Made by a program: the position numbers and the translations under genes. A stretch of DNA of 14,544 bases. Origin: Pseudomonadota bacterium. Lineage in GTDB: Bacteria > Pseudomonadota > Alphaproteobacteria > Rhodobacterales > Rhodobacteraceae. The notes beneath the pieces were generated by a model. The model worked only from the letters and a program-made list of their open reading frames with translations, was not told the origin of the DNA and did not search any database. The DNA is taken from assembly GCA_038530925.1 (NCBI GenBank), contig JBCBCG010000109.1, forward strand, positions 1 to 14,544, given 5' to 3'. Numbering within the stretch: position 1 is the stretch's first letter; every line of letters starts with the position of its first letter. This document shows positions 7,002 through 14,544 of the stretch, piece after piece.

Positions 7002-8432
7002 TCAGGCGGCGCCCAGCGCCGCCTGATAGAATGCGCCGAACGACCGGATCTCCTTGATCGCGGCCTCCAAGGCGCGCCAATCATCCTGCTCGGCGATGGG
7101 CGCCCAAACACCCTCGACGCGATCGATCAACATGGTGGTCGGCTCCAGCCGCCGCGCATATGTCGAGCTGAGCGCGGCCGCTGCGCCTGGGAGAGCCGGC
7201 GCCGCGCGCAAGGCGGCGATCGCCTCCGCCCAAACCGGCGCCTCGTAGGTCTCAGCGATCGGGCTCGCGACGATGCGCCCGACCTTCGCCCCGCCCATCA
7301 AATCGAAGAACACGCGCTCGAAAGGCGGCTTGGTCTCACGCATCGCGGTGTAGAACAGCGTGTTGCGCTCCATCGCCGCCGCCTCATCCTCCGCGCTCAG
7401 CAGCAAGCGCCGATGCGTCGCCAGCGCCGTCTCCCGCACCGCGCGCGCGAAAAACGTCTCGAGGCTCGCTTGCAAAGGCTTCAGCGTCGTGAAGGGCAGC
7501 AGGCACTCCGCCAGGCGCGCCAAATTCCACCCGAGCGCGTCGAGCTGGCGCCCATAAGCATACAGACCGGTCTCGTCGAAATAGGCCGCGGTGAAGCCCG
7601 GCTCGAACAGCGGCAAAAAGCGCCACGGCCCGTAATCGAAGCTCTCGCCAGTGATGACGATGTTGTCGGTGTTGAGGACGCCGTGCACGAACCCTGCGGC
7701 GGTCCATTCCGCGCCGAGCCGCGCCACCGCGCCGACAACGCTGTCATAGAGCGCGACGACAGGATCCGGCGCCGCGGCCGCGTCAGGATAATAGATCTCG
7801 ATCGCGTAATCGATCAGGCGGCGCAGCGCCTCGGTCTCTTCATGCGCGGCCAGGCGCTGGAAAAGGCCGATGCGCAAATGGCTGTAGGAGAGACGCGTCA
7901 ACACGGCCGAGCGCGTGGGCGAGGGCTCGTCATTGCGCTCCAGCGCCTCGCCCGTCTCGATCAAGCTGAAGCTGCGCGAGGTCGAGACGCCCAGCGCTTC
8001 AAGAAGCTCGGTCGCCAAAACCTCGCGCACGCCGCCTTTCAGCGTCAGGCGCCCATCGCCGGAGCGCGACCAGGGCGTTCGGCCCGAGCCCTTCGTCGAG
8101 AAGTCGAGCAGCCGATCCGTGCCGGCCTCGCGCATCTGCGCGTAAAGAAAGCCGCGGCCGTCGCCGAGGTCGGGATTGTAATGGCGGAACTGGTGGCCGT
8201 GATAGCGCAGCGCCAGCGGCTTCGGGATGTTGTCGGGCAACGGCTCGAACCGCGCGAAATGGGCGATCCACTCGGCGTCGGTCAAACCATCCAGACCGAT
8301 CGTCGCCGCAGCGCGGTCGTTCCGGAAGCGAATCGCGCTCTCGGGAAACCGGGCGGCGTCGACAACGTCGAAAAACGCCGGCCCAAGGCTCGGATGGCGC
8401 GGATCGGGGCGGTAGGCGGATGAAACGGGCAT
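7002..8432 (-). CDS. selO: Protein adenylyltransferase SelO (YdiU/UPF0061 family)
   Basis: From the ATG at 8432-8430 the translation MPVSSAYRPDP...LALRYHGHQFRHYNPDLGDGRGFLYAQM...GVLNTDNIVITGESFDYGPWRFL... contains the hallmark SelO motifs. The length of 477 aa matches the family. The 793-aa six-frame ORF is an Arg/His-rich upstream extension that runs through the divergent echA gene and is rejected. Confidence 0.9.
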   Translation of the reverse strand: MPVSSAYRPDPRHPSLGPAFFDVVDAARFPESAIRFRNDRAAATIGLDGLTDAEWIAHFARFEPLPDNIPKPLALRYHGHQFRHYNPDLGDGRGFLYAQMREAGTDRLLDFSTKGSGRTPWSRSGDGRLTLKGGVREVLATELLEALGVSTSRSFSLIETGEALERNDEPSPTRSAVLTRLSYSHLRIGLFQRLAAHEETEALRRLIDYAIEIYYPDAAAAPDPVVALYDSVVGAVARLGAEWTAAGFVHGVLNTDNIVITGESFDYGPWRFLPLFEPGFTAAYFDETGLYAYGRQLDALGWNLARLAECLLPFTTLKPLQASLETFFARAVRETALATHRRLLLSAEDEAAAMERNTLFYTAMRETKPPFERVFFDLMGGAKVGRIVASPIAETYEAPVWAEAIAALRAAPALPGAAAALSSTYARRLEPTTMLIDRVEGVWAPIAEQDDWRALEAAIKEIRSFGAFYQAALGAA

Positions 8433-8702
8433 GCCGCGTGAGGTCGGCGCCGGCGCTGGAAAGTCAACCGGTCGCAGCGCGCATTTGCGCCGCCCCGCCC
8501 GCCGGATCACGACCATCGACCGAGACGCTCGCCTGTCGATCACAGGCGGCCAAGCGCTCGCTCCCCGCGAGACTGTCGAACGGCCCGCCGCGAGGCGTGA
8601 TGCGATCAGCGCTTCGCTTTGGCTGCGCTTTGGCGCAAAATCACTAAGCAGCGCCCGAGCGGCGCTTTCATTCGCATCAAGACGATCGCTGGGAGAGCTG
8701 GA

Positions 8703-9518
8703 ATGGACGGAGACGCCGCGCTGTCGGAGACGCCGCTGCTGATGGAGACGAATGGCGGCGTCGCGACGCTGACGCTGAACCGGCCCAAAGCGATCAACGC
8801 GCTGTCCGAAGAGATGCTGGCGGCGCTGCAAGGCGCGCTTGATGAGATCGCCGCGGATCGCTCGGTCAAAGCGGTGATCCTGCGCGGCGCCGGCGCGCAT
8901 TTCTGCGCCGGACATAATCTCAAAGAGATGACCGCGCGGCGCGCGGATGAAGATGGCGGTCGCGCCTATTTCGAGGCGCTGTTCGCGACTTGCGCCACGA
9001 TGATGAAGACGGTGGTGCGCCTGCCGCAGCCCGTGATCGCCGAGGTCTCGGGCATCGCCACCGCCGCGGGCTGCCAGCTCGTCGCGGCCTGCGATCTCGC
9101 CGTCGCCGGGCGGAGCGCGCGCTTCGCCACCTCCGGCGTCAATATCGGCCTTTTCTGCGCGACGCCGATGGTGGCGCTCAGCCGCAATGTGGCGCGCAAG
9201 CAAGCAATGGAGATGCTGCTGCTCGGCGATTTCGTCCCCGCCGCCCGCGCTGCGGAGATCGGGCTCGTGAACCGCGTCGTTCCCGATGATCAGCTCGAGG
9301 CCGAGACCCGCGCCATGGCCGAGGCGATCGCGAGCAAATCGCCGGTCGCGCTCAAGATCGGCAAGGAGGCCTTCTACGCCCAAGCCGAGATGACGCTCGA
9401 TGAGGCCTACGCCTACGCCGGCCGCGCGATGGCGGAGAACATGATGGCCCGCGACGCCAAAGCCGGCATCGGCGCTTTCATCGAGAAGAAGCCGACGCCT
9501 GACTGGACGGGAGAGTGA
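8703..9518 (+). CDS. Enoyl-CoA hydratase/isomerase (crotonase superfamily) protein
   Basis: Crotonase-fold motifs are present (LTLNRPKAINALS, ILRGAGAHFCAGHNLKEM, oxyanion hole GIATAAGCQL, C-terminal AFIEKKP). The ATG at 8703 is preceded by GGGAGAG. The 28 upstream residues in the track ORF lie in the divergent promoter region. Confidence 0.85.
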   Translation: MDGDAALSETPLLMETNGGVATLTLNRPKAINALSEEMLAALQGALDEIAADRSVKAVILRGAGAHFCAGHNLKEMTARRADEDGGRAYFEALFATCATMMKTVVRLPQPVIAEVSGIATAAGCQLVAACDLAVAGRSARFATSGVNIGLFCATPMVALSRNVARKQAMEMLLLGDFVPAARAAEIGLVNRVVPDDQLEAETRAMAEAIASKSPVALKIGKEAFYAQAEMTLDEAYAYAGRAMAENMMARDAKAGIGAFIEKKPTPDWTGE

Positions 9519-9617
9519 GGCGCGCGGCGAAGCTGCAATAATAAGCCCGCTGCAAGATTAAGGGTATTTCCCGCCTCCCTTCCCAAGTTAAAACTCAAGG
9601 CGAGCGAGAGAAATGAA

Positions 9618-10379
9618 ATGAGAGCTTGGATAATTGCGATCGTTGGTGCGCTTGCGGCAGTTGTAGGAATCGTGGCCGGCACCCTAGACCTTCGCGATCG
9701 CTTTTTTGGTGAAGCGCCGCCTGCGGCCGGATTAAATAACACACAATTTGATGAGTTTATATTACTTGAGCCTGAGGAGTTTGACATATACGCCAACAAA
9801 ACAAAAGACGATCTTTTCATATTTCATGGGAAATTTTTGGAATATGAAGAAATGAATGCCCTGGAGTATGACTATATCTCAAAAGAACTTCGAGTAATTT
9901 TTAAAAACGGCGATGTGGGCATTCTTGACCTCCGAGTCTCTTGCGCAGTAGAGCCATATATTCAGGAGGCGGCCGCAGTGAAAATAGTGAGGACGGAAAA
10001 TCGAGAGCCCGTTGACGGAACCACCTTACCCGTTGAGCAGGTGTACCCGCGATCAAAAATCAGAAAGCCAGCACGTGACAGACAAGGTTACTTTGGCGCA
10101 ACTGTAAGAGATTTCCAGATTGGAGACCCGAAAGACTTTGCACAGAATCTTGGCTTTCCTGGAGCCGTGATTGTAGAACTCACTAAAGGCGGACCCGCAG
10201 CGCTTCATGGTTTCCAGGCTGGAGACCGAATTATAAAGTTCGATGACCGAATACTAAAAGATAGGAAAGAGTTTGTGGAGTGCATAAAGCATTCGCCACC
10301 TGAGGTTGAGTTTGGGTTTTTTGTCATTCGAGGCAATGAAAAAAAATTGATAAAAGCCAAACTTGGATCTGTGAAATAA
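9618..10379 (+). CDS. Membrane-anchored PDZ-domain protein of 253 aa (N-terminal TM helix, ~140-aa unknown domain, C-terminal PDZ). Encoded in a low-GC insert.
   Basis: The N-terminus MRAWIIAIVGALAAVVGIVAG is a single TM/signal-anchor. The C-terminus (GYFGATVRDFQIGDPKDFAQNLGFPGAVIVELTKGGPAALHGFQAGDRIIKFDDRIL...EVEFGFFVIRGNEKKLIKAKLG) fits a PDZ fold with the GLGF-like carboxylate-binding loop (NLGFPG). Codon usage is AT-rich, with many AAA, AAT, GAT and TTT codons, quite unlike the flanking genes. Confidence 0.75.
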   Translation: MRAWIIAIVGALAAVVGIVAGTLDLRDRFFGEAPPAAGLNNTQFDEFILLEPEEFDIYANKTKDDLFIFHGKFLEYEEMNALEYDYISKELRVIFKNGDVGILDLRVSCAVEPYIQEAAAVKIVRTENREPVDGTTLPVEQVYPRSKIRKPARDRQGYFGATVRDFQIGDPKDFAQNLGFPGAVIVELTKGGPAALHGFQAGDRIIKFDDRILKDRKEFVECIKHSPPEVEFGFFVIRGNEKKLIKAKLGSVK

Positions 10380-10425
10380 CGCCAAAATCTAAGAACCTCG
10401 AAATTATTATTCAAATCGGGTTTAC

Positions 10426-11412
10426 TCACTTCTCGGCTACGAAAAGCCCTACAAGATTTGAGGGCGTCACGCCGAGATGGCGCTTATAGGCGCGGCGCAT
10501 GGTTTCTTCGGAGCGGAAGCCGAAGCGGGCGGCGGCGGCCTTAAGGGTGATCTTTTGATCCAGCAACGCGTCGCGCGACGCTTCAACGCGGACGCGCTCA
10601 ACGTAACGCGCCGGCGTCTTTCCCGTTTCGGCTTTGAAGAGCCGCGCGAAATTTCGCTCCGACATATGCGCGCGCGCGGCCATGGTCGGCACGGTGTACG
10701 CGCCGCCTGGATCCTCATGAAGGGCGGCGATCAGCGCGTCGAAACGACCTTTCGCGCTTTCGACTTGTTGGCGAAGACCAGCGCTGAATTGGCTCTGACC
10801 GCCGCGGCGCTTGATCGGCAACACCAGCAGACGCGCAATGCGCAGCGCCTCCTTGCGACCGAGATCCCGCTCCACCAAAGCAAGCGCCAGATCGACGCCC
10901 GATGAAACTCCCGCGGAGGTCCAAACGTCGCCGTGCTCGATGAAGATCTCGTCCGCCTGAACGTCGATGTCCGGATACTCGCGCGCGAGCCTCGCGCATT
11001 CCACCCAATGCGTCGTCGCGCGCTTGCCGGACAAAAGACCAGCCTCCGCCAGGATGAACGCGCCGAGGCACACCGAGCAGAGGCGTCGCCCGGCGCGAGC
11101 CCCTCTTTTCAGCACCGCTGAAAGCTCCATCGAACGGCGCGCCGCGAAGGCGCCGCGCCCGCCGGCGACGATCAGCGTCTGCGCCCGCGCCGCGCCGCGG
11201 AGCTCTGCCGCCGACAACGCCACGATCGTATCCGTCGCCACCGTCCCAGCCCGCTCCGCGTGGAGGCTGAGGCGGTAGGCCGCGGATCCGTCTTGGCGGC
11301 GCGCATCTGAAAAGACCTGAAGCGGTCCCGCGACGTCGAGCAGCTTCACATCGTCATAGACGATCAAAGCGACTGTCAGAGGCGAAGGCGCTTTGGCGGA
11401 ATTTGCTGGCAT
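10426..11412 (-). CDS. GlxA-family transcriptional regulator (DJ-1/PfpI-like N-terminal domain plus AraC-type HTH)
   Basis: The N-terminal domain (VALIVYDDVKLLDVAGPLQVF...CSVCLGAFILAEAGLLSGKRATTHW) has the conserved Cys of DJ-1/PfpI. The C-terminal part (MSERNFARLFKAETGKTPARYVERVRVEASRDALLD...RFGFRSEETMRRAYKRHLGVTPS) is an AraC HTH. Confidence 0.85.
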   Translation of the reverse strand: MPANSAKAPSPLTVALIVYDDVKLLDVAGPLQVFSDARRQDGSAAYRLSLHAERAGTVATDTIVALSAAELRGAARAQTLIVAGGRGAFAARRSMELSAVLKRGARAGRRLCSVCLGAFILAEAGLLSGKRATTHWVECARLAREYPDIDVQADEIFIEHGDVWTSAGVSSGVDLALALVERDLGRKEALRIARLLVLPIKRRGGQSQFSAGLRQQVESAKGRFDALIAALHEDPGGAYTVPTMAARAHMSERNFARLFKAETGKTPARYVERVRVEASRDALLDQKITLKAAAARFGFRSEETMRRAYKRHLGVTPSNLVGLFVAEK

Positions 11413-11495
11413 CGTGTCATTCTGCCAAAGCCCCTTCCTCGCTACAATCTCTTCGTCGAAACCGAGGGCGGGCGCCCACGAACAGGAGCGAAGAG

Positions 11496-11666
11496 ATGAC
11501 GAAACCCCTTAAACTGGCGGATTGCGTGAACAAAACCTGCCCTTGGTCGGGCGAGCCGGTCTCGGCCGATGCGCTGACGCTTCACCAGGGCAAGGTGGTC
11601 GGCTTCTGCAACCCAGGTTGCCGAGACAAATTCGAGAAAGCGATCAAGCACTTTGAAGCGAGCTGA
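11496..11666 (+). CDS. Small YHS/TRASH-like Cys4 metal-binding protein of 56 aa
   Basis: MTKPLKLADCVNKTCPWSGEPVSADALTLHQGKVVGFCNPGCRDKFEKAIKHFEAS has C-x4-C...GK.VGFC.PGC..KF, which matches the YHS-domain pattern (...Y.GK.YYFCS.GC...F). An AGGAG Shine-Dalgarno sequence lies 6 nt upstream of the ATG at 11496. The longer track ORF from 11403 has no Shine-Dalgarno sequence. Confidence 0.55.
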   Translation: MTKPLKLADCVNKTCPWSGEPVSADALTLHQGKVVGFCNPGCRDKFEKAIKHFEAS

Positions 11667-11780
11667 ACACGCTTCGCCAAAGCCGCGCTCAGCCGCTGCG
11701 GCGCAAGAGCGCGATCACCATGCGATACGATCGGCCGCCGATGTCTGCGATGGTCCGCCGCTGCGATCGGACTGGGCGCG

Positions 11781-12626
11781 TCATTTGTAGATCAGCACCG
11801 GGATCGCGCTTTCGCGGATGACTTCTGAGGTCGTGCCGCCGATGACGAGCGTCCGTAGGCGCGAGCGGCCATAGGCGCCCATCACCAGCAGATCCGCCGC
11901 CTCTTGCTCCGCCGCCGCCGGAATCGCCGTTTTCGCGGGACCGGGTAGGATTTTCACCTGCGGCGCCAATCCCGCCGCGCTCAGCTGCGCCGCAGCCTGA
12001 TCGAGGGATCGCCGCGCCCGCTCATCCGGGTCGCCCGCCATCGCGATGACGCAGTCAAGCTGATGAAACAGCGCCGACCGCGAGACCGCCTCGACCGACG
12101 CGAGCGCGCCGGCGCGGCCGTCGAAGGCGATCATGAAGCGCCGGATCTCGCTAAAGGCCCGCGCAGCGACCAGAACCGGCCGGCTCGCCCCGCGCAGGAT
12201 CCGCTCGAGGTTCGAGCCGAGATGGAGTTTGGCGAAATCCGCCGCTTGCCCGCGTTTGCCGACGACGATCAGCTCCGCCTGCTCTTCGCGCGAGGCCAGC
12301 GTCTCCAACAAATCGCCATGCCTAAGCGTCGTCGTCGCCTCAACGCCGGCCGCCGCGACGATCGCCGCCATTTCTTCGAGGTCGAGCCGGGCCTGCTTCA
12401 TCAAGAGTTTGCTGCGTTGCGCGTCGAGGGCCACGAGCTCCTCCAGCAGCTGGCGACGGGCGCCGGCCACCAAGCGCCCCGACCGGTTGTCCGCCGCCTG
12501 CTCGCGCCGCCCGAGCACTTGCATGAGCTCGACCGAGGCGGACAACCGGTCGGCCGACCACGCCGCGTGAGAGGCCACGCTCTGCGAGAAGATCGAGCCG
12601 TCGATCGCGGCCAGAACAGTTGTCAT
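11781..12626 (-). CDS. Universal stress protein with tandem UspA domains
   Basis: There are two USP repeats (MTTVLAAIDGS...ELIVVGKRG...; FMIAFDGRAG...LLVMGAYGRSRLRTLVIGGTTSEVIRESAIPVLIY) with the ATP-binding G-x2-G-x9-G(S/T) motif in the second. It lies in the same orientation as, and downstream of, the SulP gene. Confidence 0.85.
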   Translation of the reverse strand: MTTVLAAIDGSIFSQSVASHAAWSADRLSASVELMQVLGRREQAADNRSGRLVAGARRQLLEELVALDAQRSKLLMKQARLDLEEMAAIVAAAGVEATTTLRHGDLLETLASREEQAELIVVGKRGQAADFAKLHLGSNLERILRGASRPVLVAARAFSEIRRFMIAFDGRAGALASVEAVSRSALFHQLDCVIAMAGDPDERARRSLDQAAAQLSAAGLAPQVKILPGPAKTAIPAAAEQEAADLLVMGAYGRSRLRTLVIGGTTSEVIRESAIPVLIYK

Positions 12627-12716
12627 GCATGCATCTTCCCGTGTGGACGCGACAGGCGCCGCGACGACCGGCTCGCCGAATGGCTCCACTGTCGCGCGGG
12701 GCTGCGCCCGGTCAAG

Positions 12717-14210
12717 TCAGTGCGCCATCAGCTTGTCGTCGAGCGCGCCAGGTTTGTCGTAGACCGCCAATTCGTCGACGATGGTCTCGCTGGCTTGGTT
12801 CAGGCCGATCACCTCGACATCCGCGCCATCGCGCCGAAACTTCATCACCACCGTATCCAGCGCGCCCACGCTCGATATGTCCCAGATATGCGCGCGGTTA
12901 AGATCGATCACAACGTGATCCAAGGCTTCGCGGAAATCAAAGGACGCCAGGAACGCGTCAGCGGAGGCGTAGAACAACTGCCCCTCGACGACATAAGTCC
13001 GCCGTCGCCCGTCATCCGAAAGAGACGAGCTCACCCGGAAGATCTGCGCGATCTTCGCCGCGAAGAAGATCCCCGACAGCAAGACGCCGATCAGCACGCC
13101 GATGGCGAGGTTGTGGGTGGCGACCACGCCGATCACGGTCGCCACCATGACGATGCTGGAGCTGGTTGGGTGCTCTCGCAACTTGCGCAAGGACGACCAG
13201 CTGAAGGTGCCGATCGACACCATGATCATGACGGCGACCAAGGCCGCCATAGGGATCAGGCTGACCCAATCGCCCAGGAACACGACCATGATCAGCAAGA
13301 AGAAGCCGGCGCAAAAGGTCGACAGACGCCCACGTCCGCCCGATTGCACATTGATGATCGACTGCCCGATCATCGCGCAGCCGGCCATGCCGCCGATAAA
13401 GCCGGTGGCGATGTTGGCGACGCCCTGGCCGACGCACTCTTGATTGCGGTCGCTATCGGTATCGGTGAGCTCGTCGACGATCGACGCCGTCATCAGCGAT
13501 TCGAGCAGGCCCACCGACGCGACGCCGACAGAGTAGGGCAGGATGATCAGCAAGGTCTCAAACGTCAGCGGGATGTCGGGCAGCAAGAACACGGGCAGCG
13601 TCGAGGGCAGCTCGCCCATATCGCCCACCGTTCGCAGATCCCAGTCGAAGACGAGCGCCAACGCGGTGATCACAACGATGCAGACCAGCGGCGCCGGCAC
13701 AGCCTTGGTGACGAGCGGCAGCAGATAGAGGACGCCCAAGCCGAACGCGACCAAGGCGTAGGTGAGCGGCGGCACGCCGATCAGCTCCGGGATTTGCGCC
13801 ATGAAGATGAGGATCGCGAGCGCGTTCACGAAGCCCGTCAGCACGGAGCGCGAGACGTAACGCATGACGCGGCCGAGTTTCAGATAGCCGGCGCCGACCT
13901 GCAGCACGCCCGCAAGAACGGTCGCGGCGAGAAGGTATTGCAGGCCATGCTCCTTCACGAGCGTGACCATCAGCACCGCCGTCGCCGCCGTCGCGGCGGA
14001 GATCATGCCAGGCCGGCCGCCCACGAAGGCGATGATGACCGCGATCGAGAACGACGCGTAGAGCCCGACTTTCGGGTCCACACCAGCGATTATGGAGAAT
14101 GCGATCGCTTCAGGGATCAGCGCCAGCGCCACCACCAGGCCGGCCACCATGTCCGCGCGCGCGTTGCCGAACCACTCTGTCCGCCACCGCTCCCAGGTTT
14201 TCGATTCCAA
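12717..14210 (-). CDS. SulP-family inorganic anion (sulfate/bicarbonate) transporter with a C-terminal STAS domain
   Basis: The sequence has multiple TM helices and SulP signature regions ([49 protein letters not shown]), followed by a STAS domain ([21 protein letters not shown]...[27 protein letters not shown]). The longest ORF begins with TTG at 14210. An internal ATG (Met21, about 14150) is an alternative start. Confidence 0.85.
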   Translation of the reverse strand: MESKTWERWRTEWFGNARADMVAGLVVALALIPEAIAFSIIAGVDPKVGLYASFSIAVIIAFVGGRPGMISAATAATAVLMVTLVKEHGLQYLLAATVLAGVLQVGAGYLKLGRVMRYVSRSVLTGFVNALAILIFMAQIPELIGVPPLTYALVAFGLGVLYLLPLVTKAVPAPLVCIVVITALALVFDWDLRTVGDMGELPSTLPVFLLPDIPLTFETLLIILPYSVGVASVGLLESLMTASIVDELTDTDSDRNQECVGQGVANIATGFIGGMAGCAMIGQSIINVQSGGRGRLSTFCAGFFLLIMVVFLGDWVSLIPMAALVAVMIMVSIGTFSWSSLRKLREHPTSSSIVMVATVIGVVATHNLAIGVLIGVLLSGIFFAAKIAQIFRVSSSLSDDGRRRTYVVEGQLFYASADAFLASFDFREALDHVVIDLNRAHIWDISSVGALDTVVMKFRRDGADVEVIGLNQASETIVDELAVYDKPGALDDKLMAH

Positions 14211-14471
14211 CGCGCACCCTCAACCAAGATCACAGATCGCGTCCCTCCGCGACGCGCCGCCTCTCGTCGCGCAACAAAGAGGCTGTGACCACCGCCGTGT
14301 TGTCGCGCCGCAGCAAAATGGTCGCTGCGATGCAGCAGAGCCATGGGGAGGCCCGCCTGGGCGCTGAGACCGCGGGATTGTCCGATCCGCCCCACGAGGC
14401 GAAAATCGCAATGGCCTCACGCTCTGACGCGGATAGTTTCGGGCTAAGAAGCTCGCCTTGACGCGCATTTC

Positions 14472-14544
14472 GCGCGGTCATGCGCGCGCGGGCGGGCGGC
14501 TCTTGCGCGGTCATACGCGCGCGGGCGGGCGGCTCTTGCGCGCG
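14472..14544. repeat. Tandem direct repeat with a 33-bp unit: at least 2 copies plus the start of a third, running to the window edge
   Basis: 14472-14504 GCGCGGTCATGCGCGCGCGGGCGGGCGGCTCTT and 14505-14537 GCGCGGTCATACGCGCGCGGGCGGGCGGCTCTT differ at a single position. 14538-14544 (GCGCGCG) starts another unit. Confidence 0.7.

Noticed and set aside
7002-9383. 793-aa minus-strand ORF extending selO far upstream
   Set aside because: Only the C-terminal 477 aa (from the ATG at 8432) match SelO. The N-terminal roughly 316 aa are Arg/His/Gly-rich and run antisense through the echA coding region. This is a typical high-GC open-frame artefact.
12063-14288. 741-aa plus-strand ORF
   Set aside because: It is entirely antisense to the SulP and UspA genes, with low-complexity composition rich in Arg, Asp, His and Gln and no domain signal. 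It is an antisense artefact of GC-rich coding DNA.
14230-14514. 94-aa minus-strand ORF immediately upstream of sulP
   Set aside because: It has no recognisable domain, and its N-terminus is generated by the tandem repeat. It is mentioned in the tandem-repeat finding as a possibility but not called as a gene.
14472-14544. CRISPR array
   Set aside because: The repeats are directly abutting, with a 33-bp period and no unique spacers. This is a simple tandem repeat.

Overview
This is a high-GC chromosomal window, probably from an alphaproteobacterium (Rhizobiales-like codon usage). It carries mostly conserved housekeeping and accessory genes. In order they are lepA (5' end, minus strand), an Ala-rich hypothetical protein, the sirtuin cobB, rpmB (ribosomal protein L28), meaB (G-protein chaperone), a secreted DUF3108 protein, a tRNA, a slipin/SPFH protein, a small secreted protein, selO, an enoyl-CoA hydratase, a GlxA-family DJ-1/AraC regulator, a small YHS-domain protein, and a SulP transporter plus tandem UspA operon. 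Four things stand out. (1) An AT-rich insert of about 0.9 kb (9520-10425) lies between two convergent native genes and carries one orphan gene for a membrane-anchored PDZ-domain protein with foreign codon usage. (2) A tRNA resembles tRNA-Arg(ACG) but has a non-canonical anticodon loop (CUGCGGG, apparent anticodon GCG, with G37 and G38). (3) That tRNA is followed by an orphan tRNA T-arm fragment and preceded by a tRNA-Arg-like 5' acceptor remnant, which looks like an integration or rearrangement scar. (4) A 33-bp tandem repeat sits at the right edge of the window. Several very long ORFs in the six-frame track are antisense artefacts of the high GC content and are rejected below.
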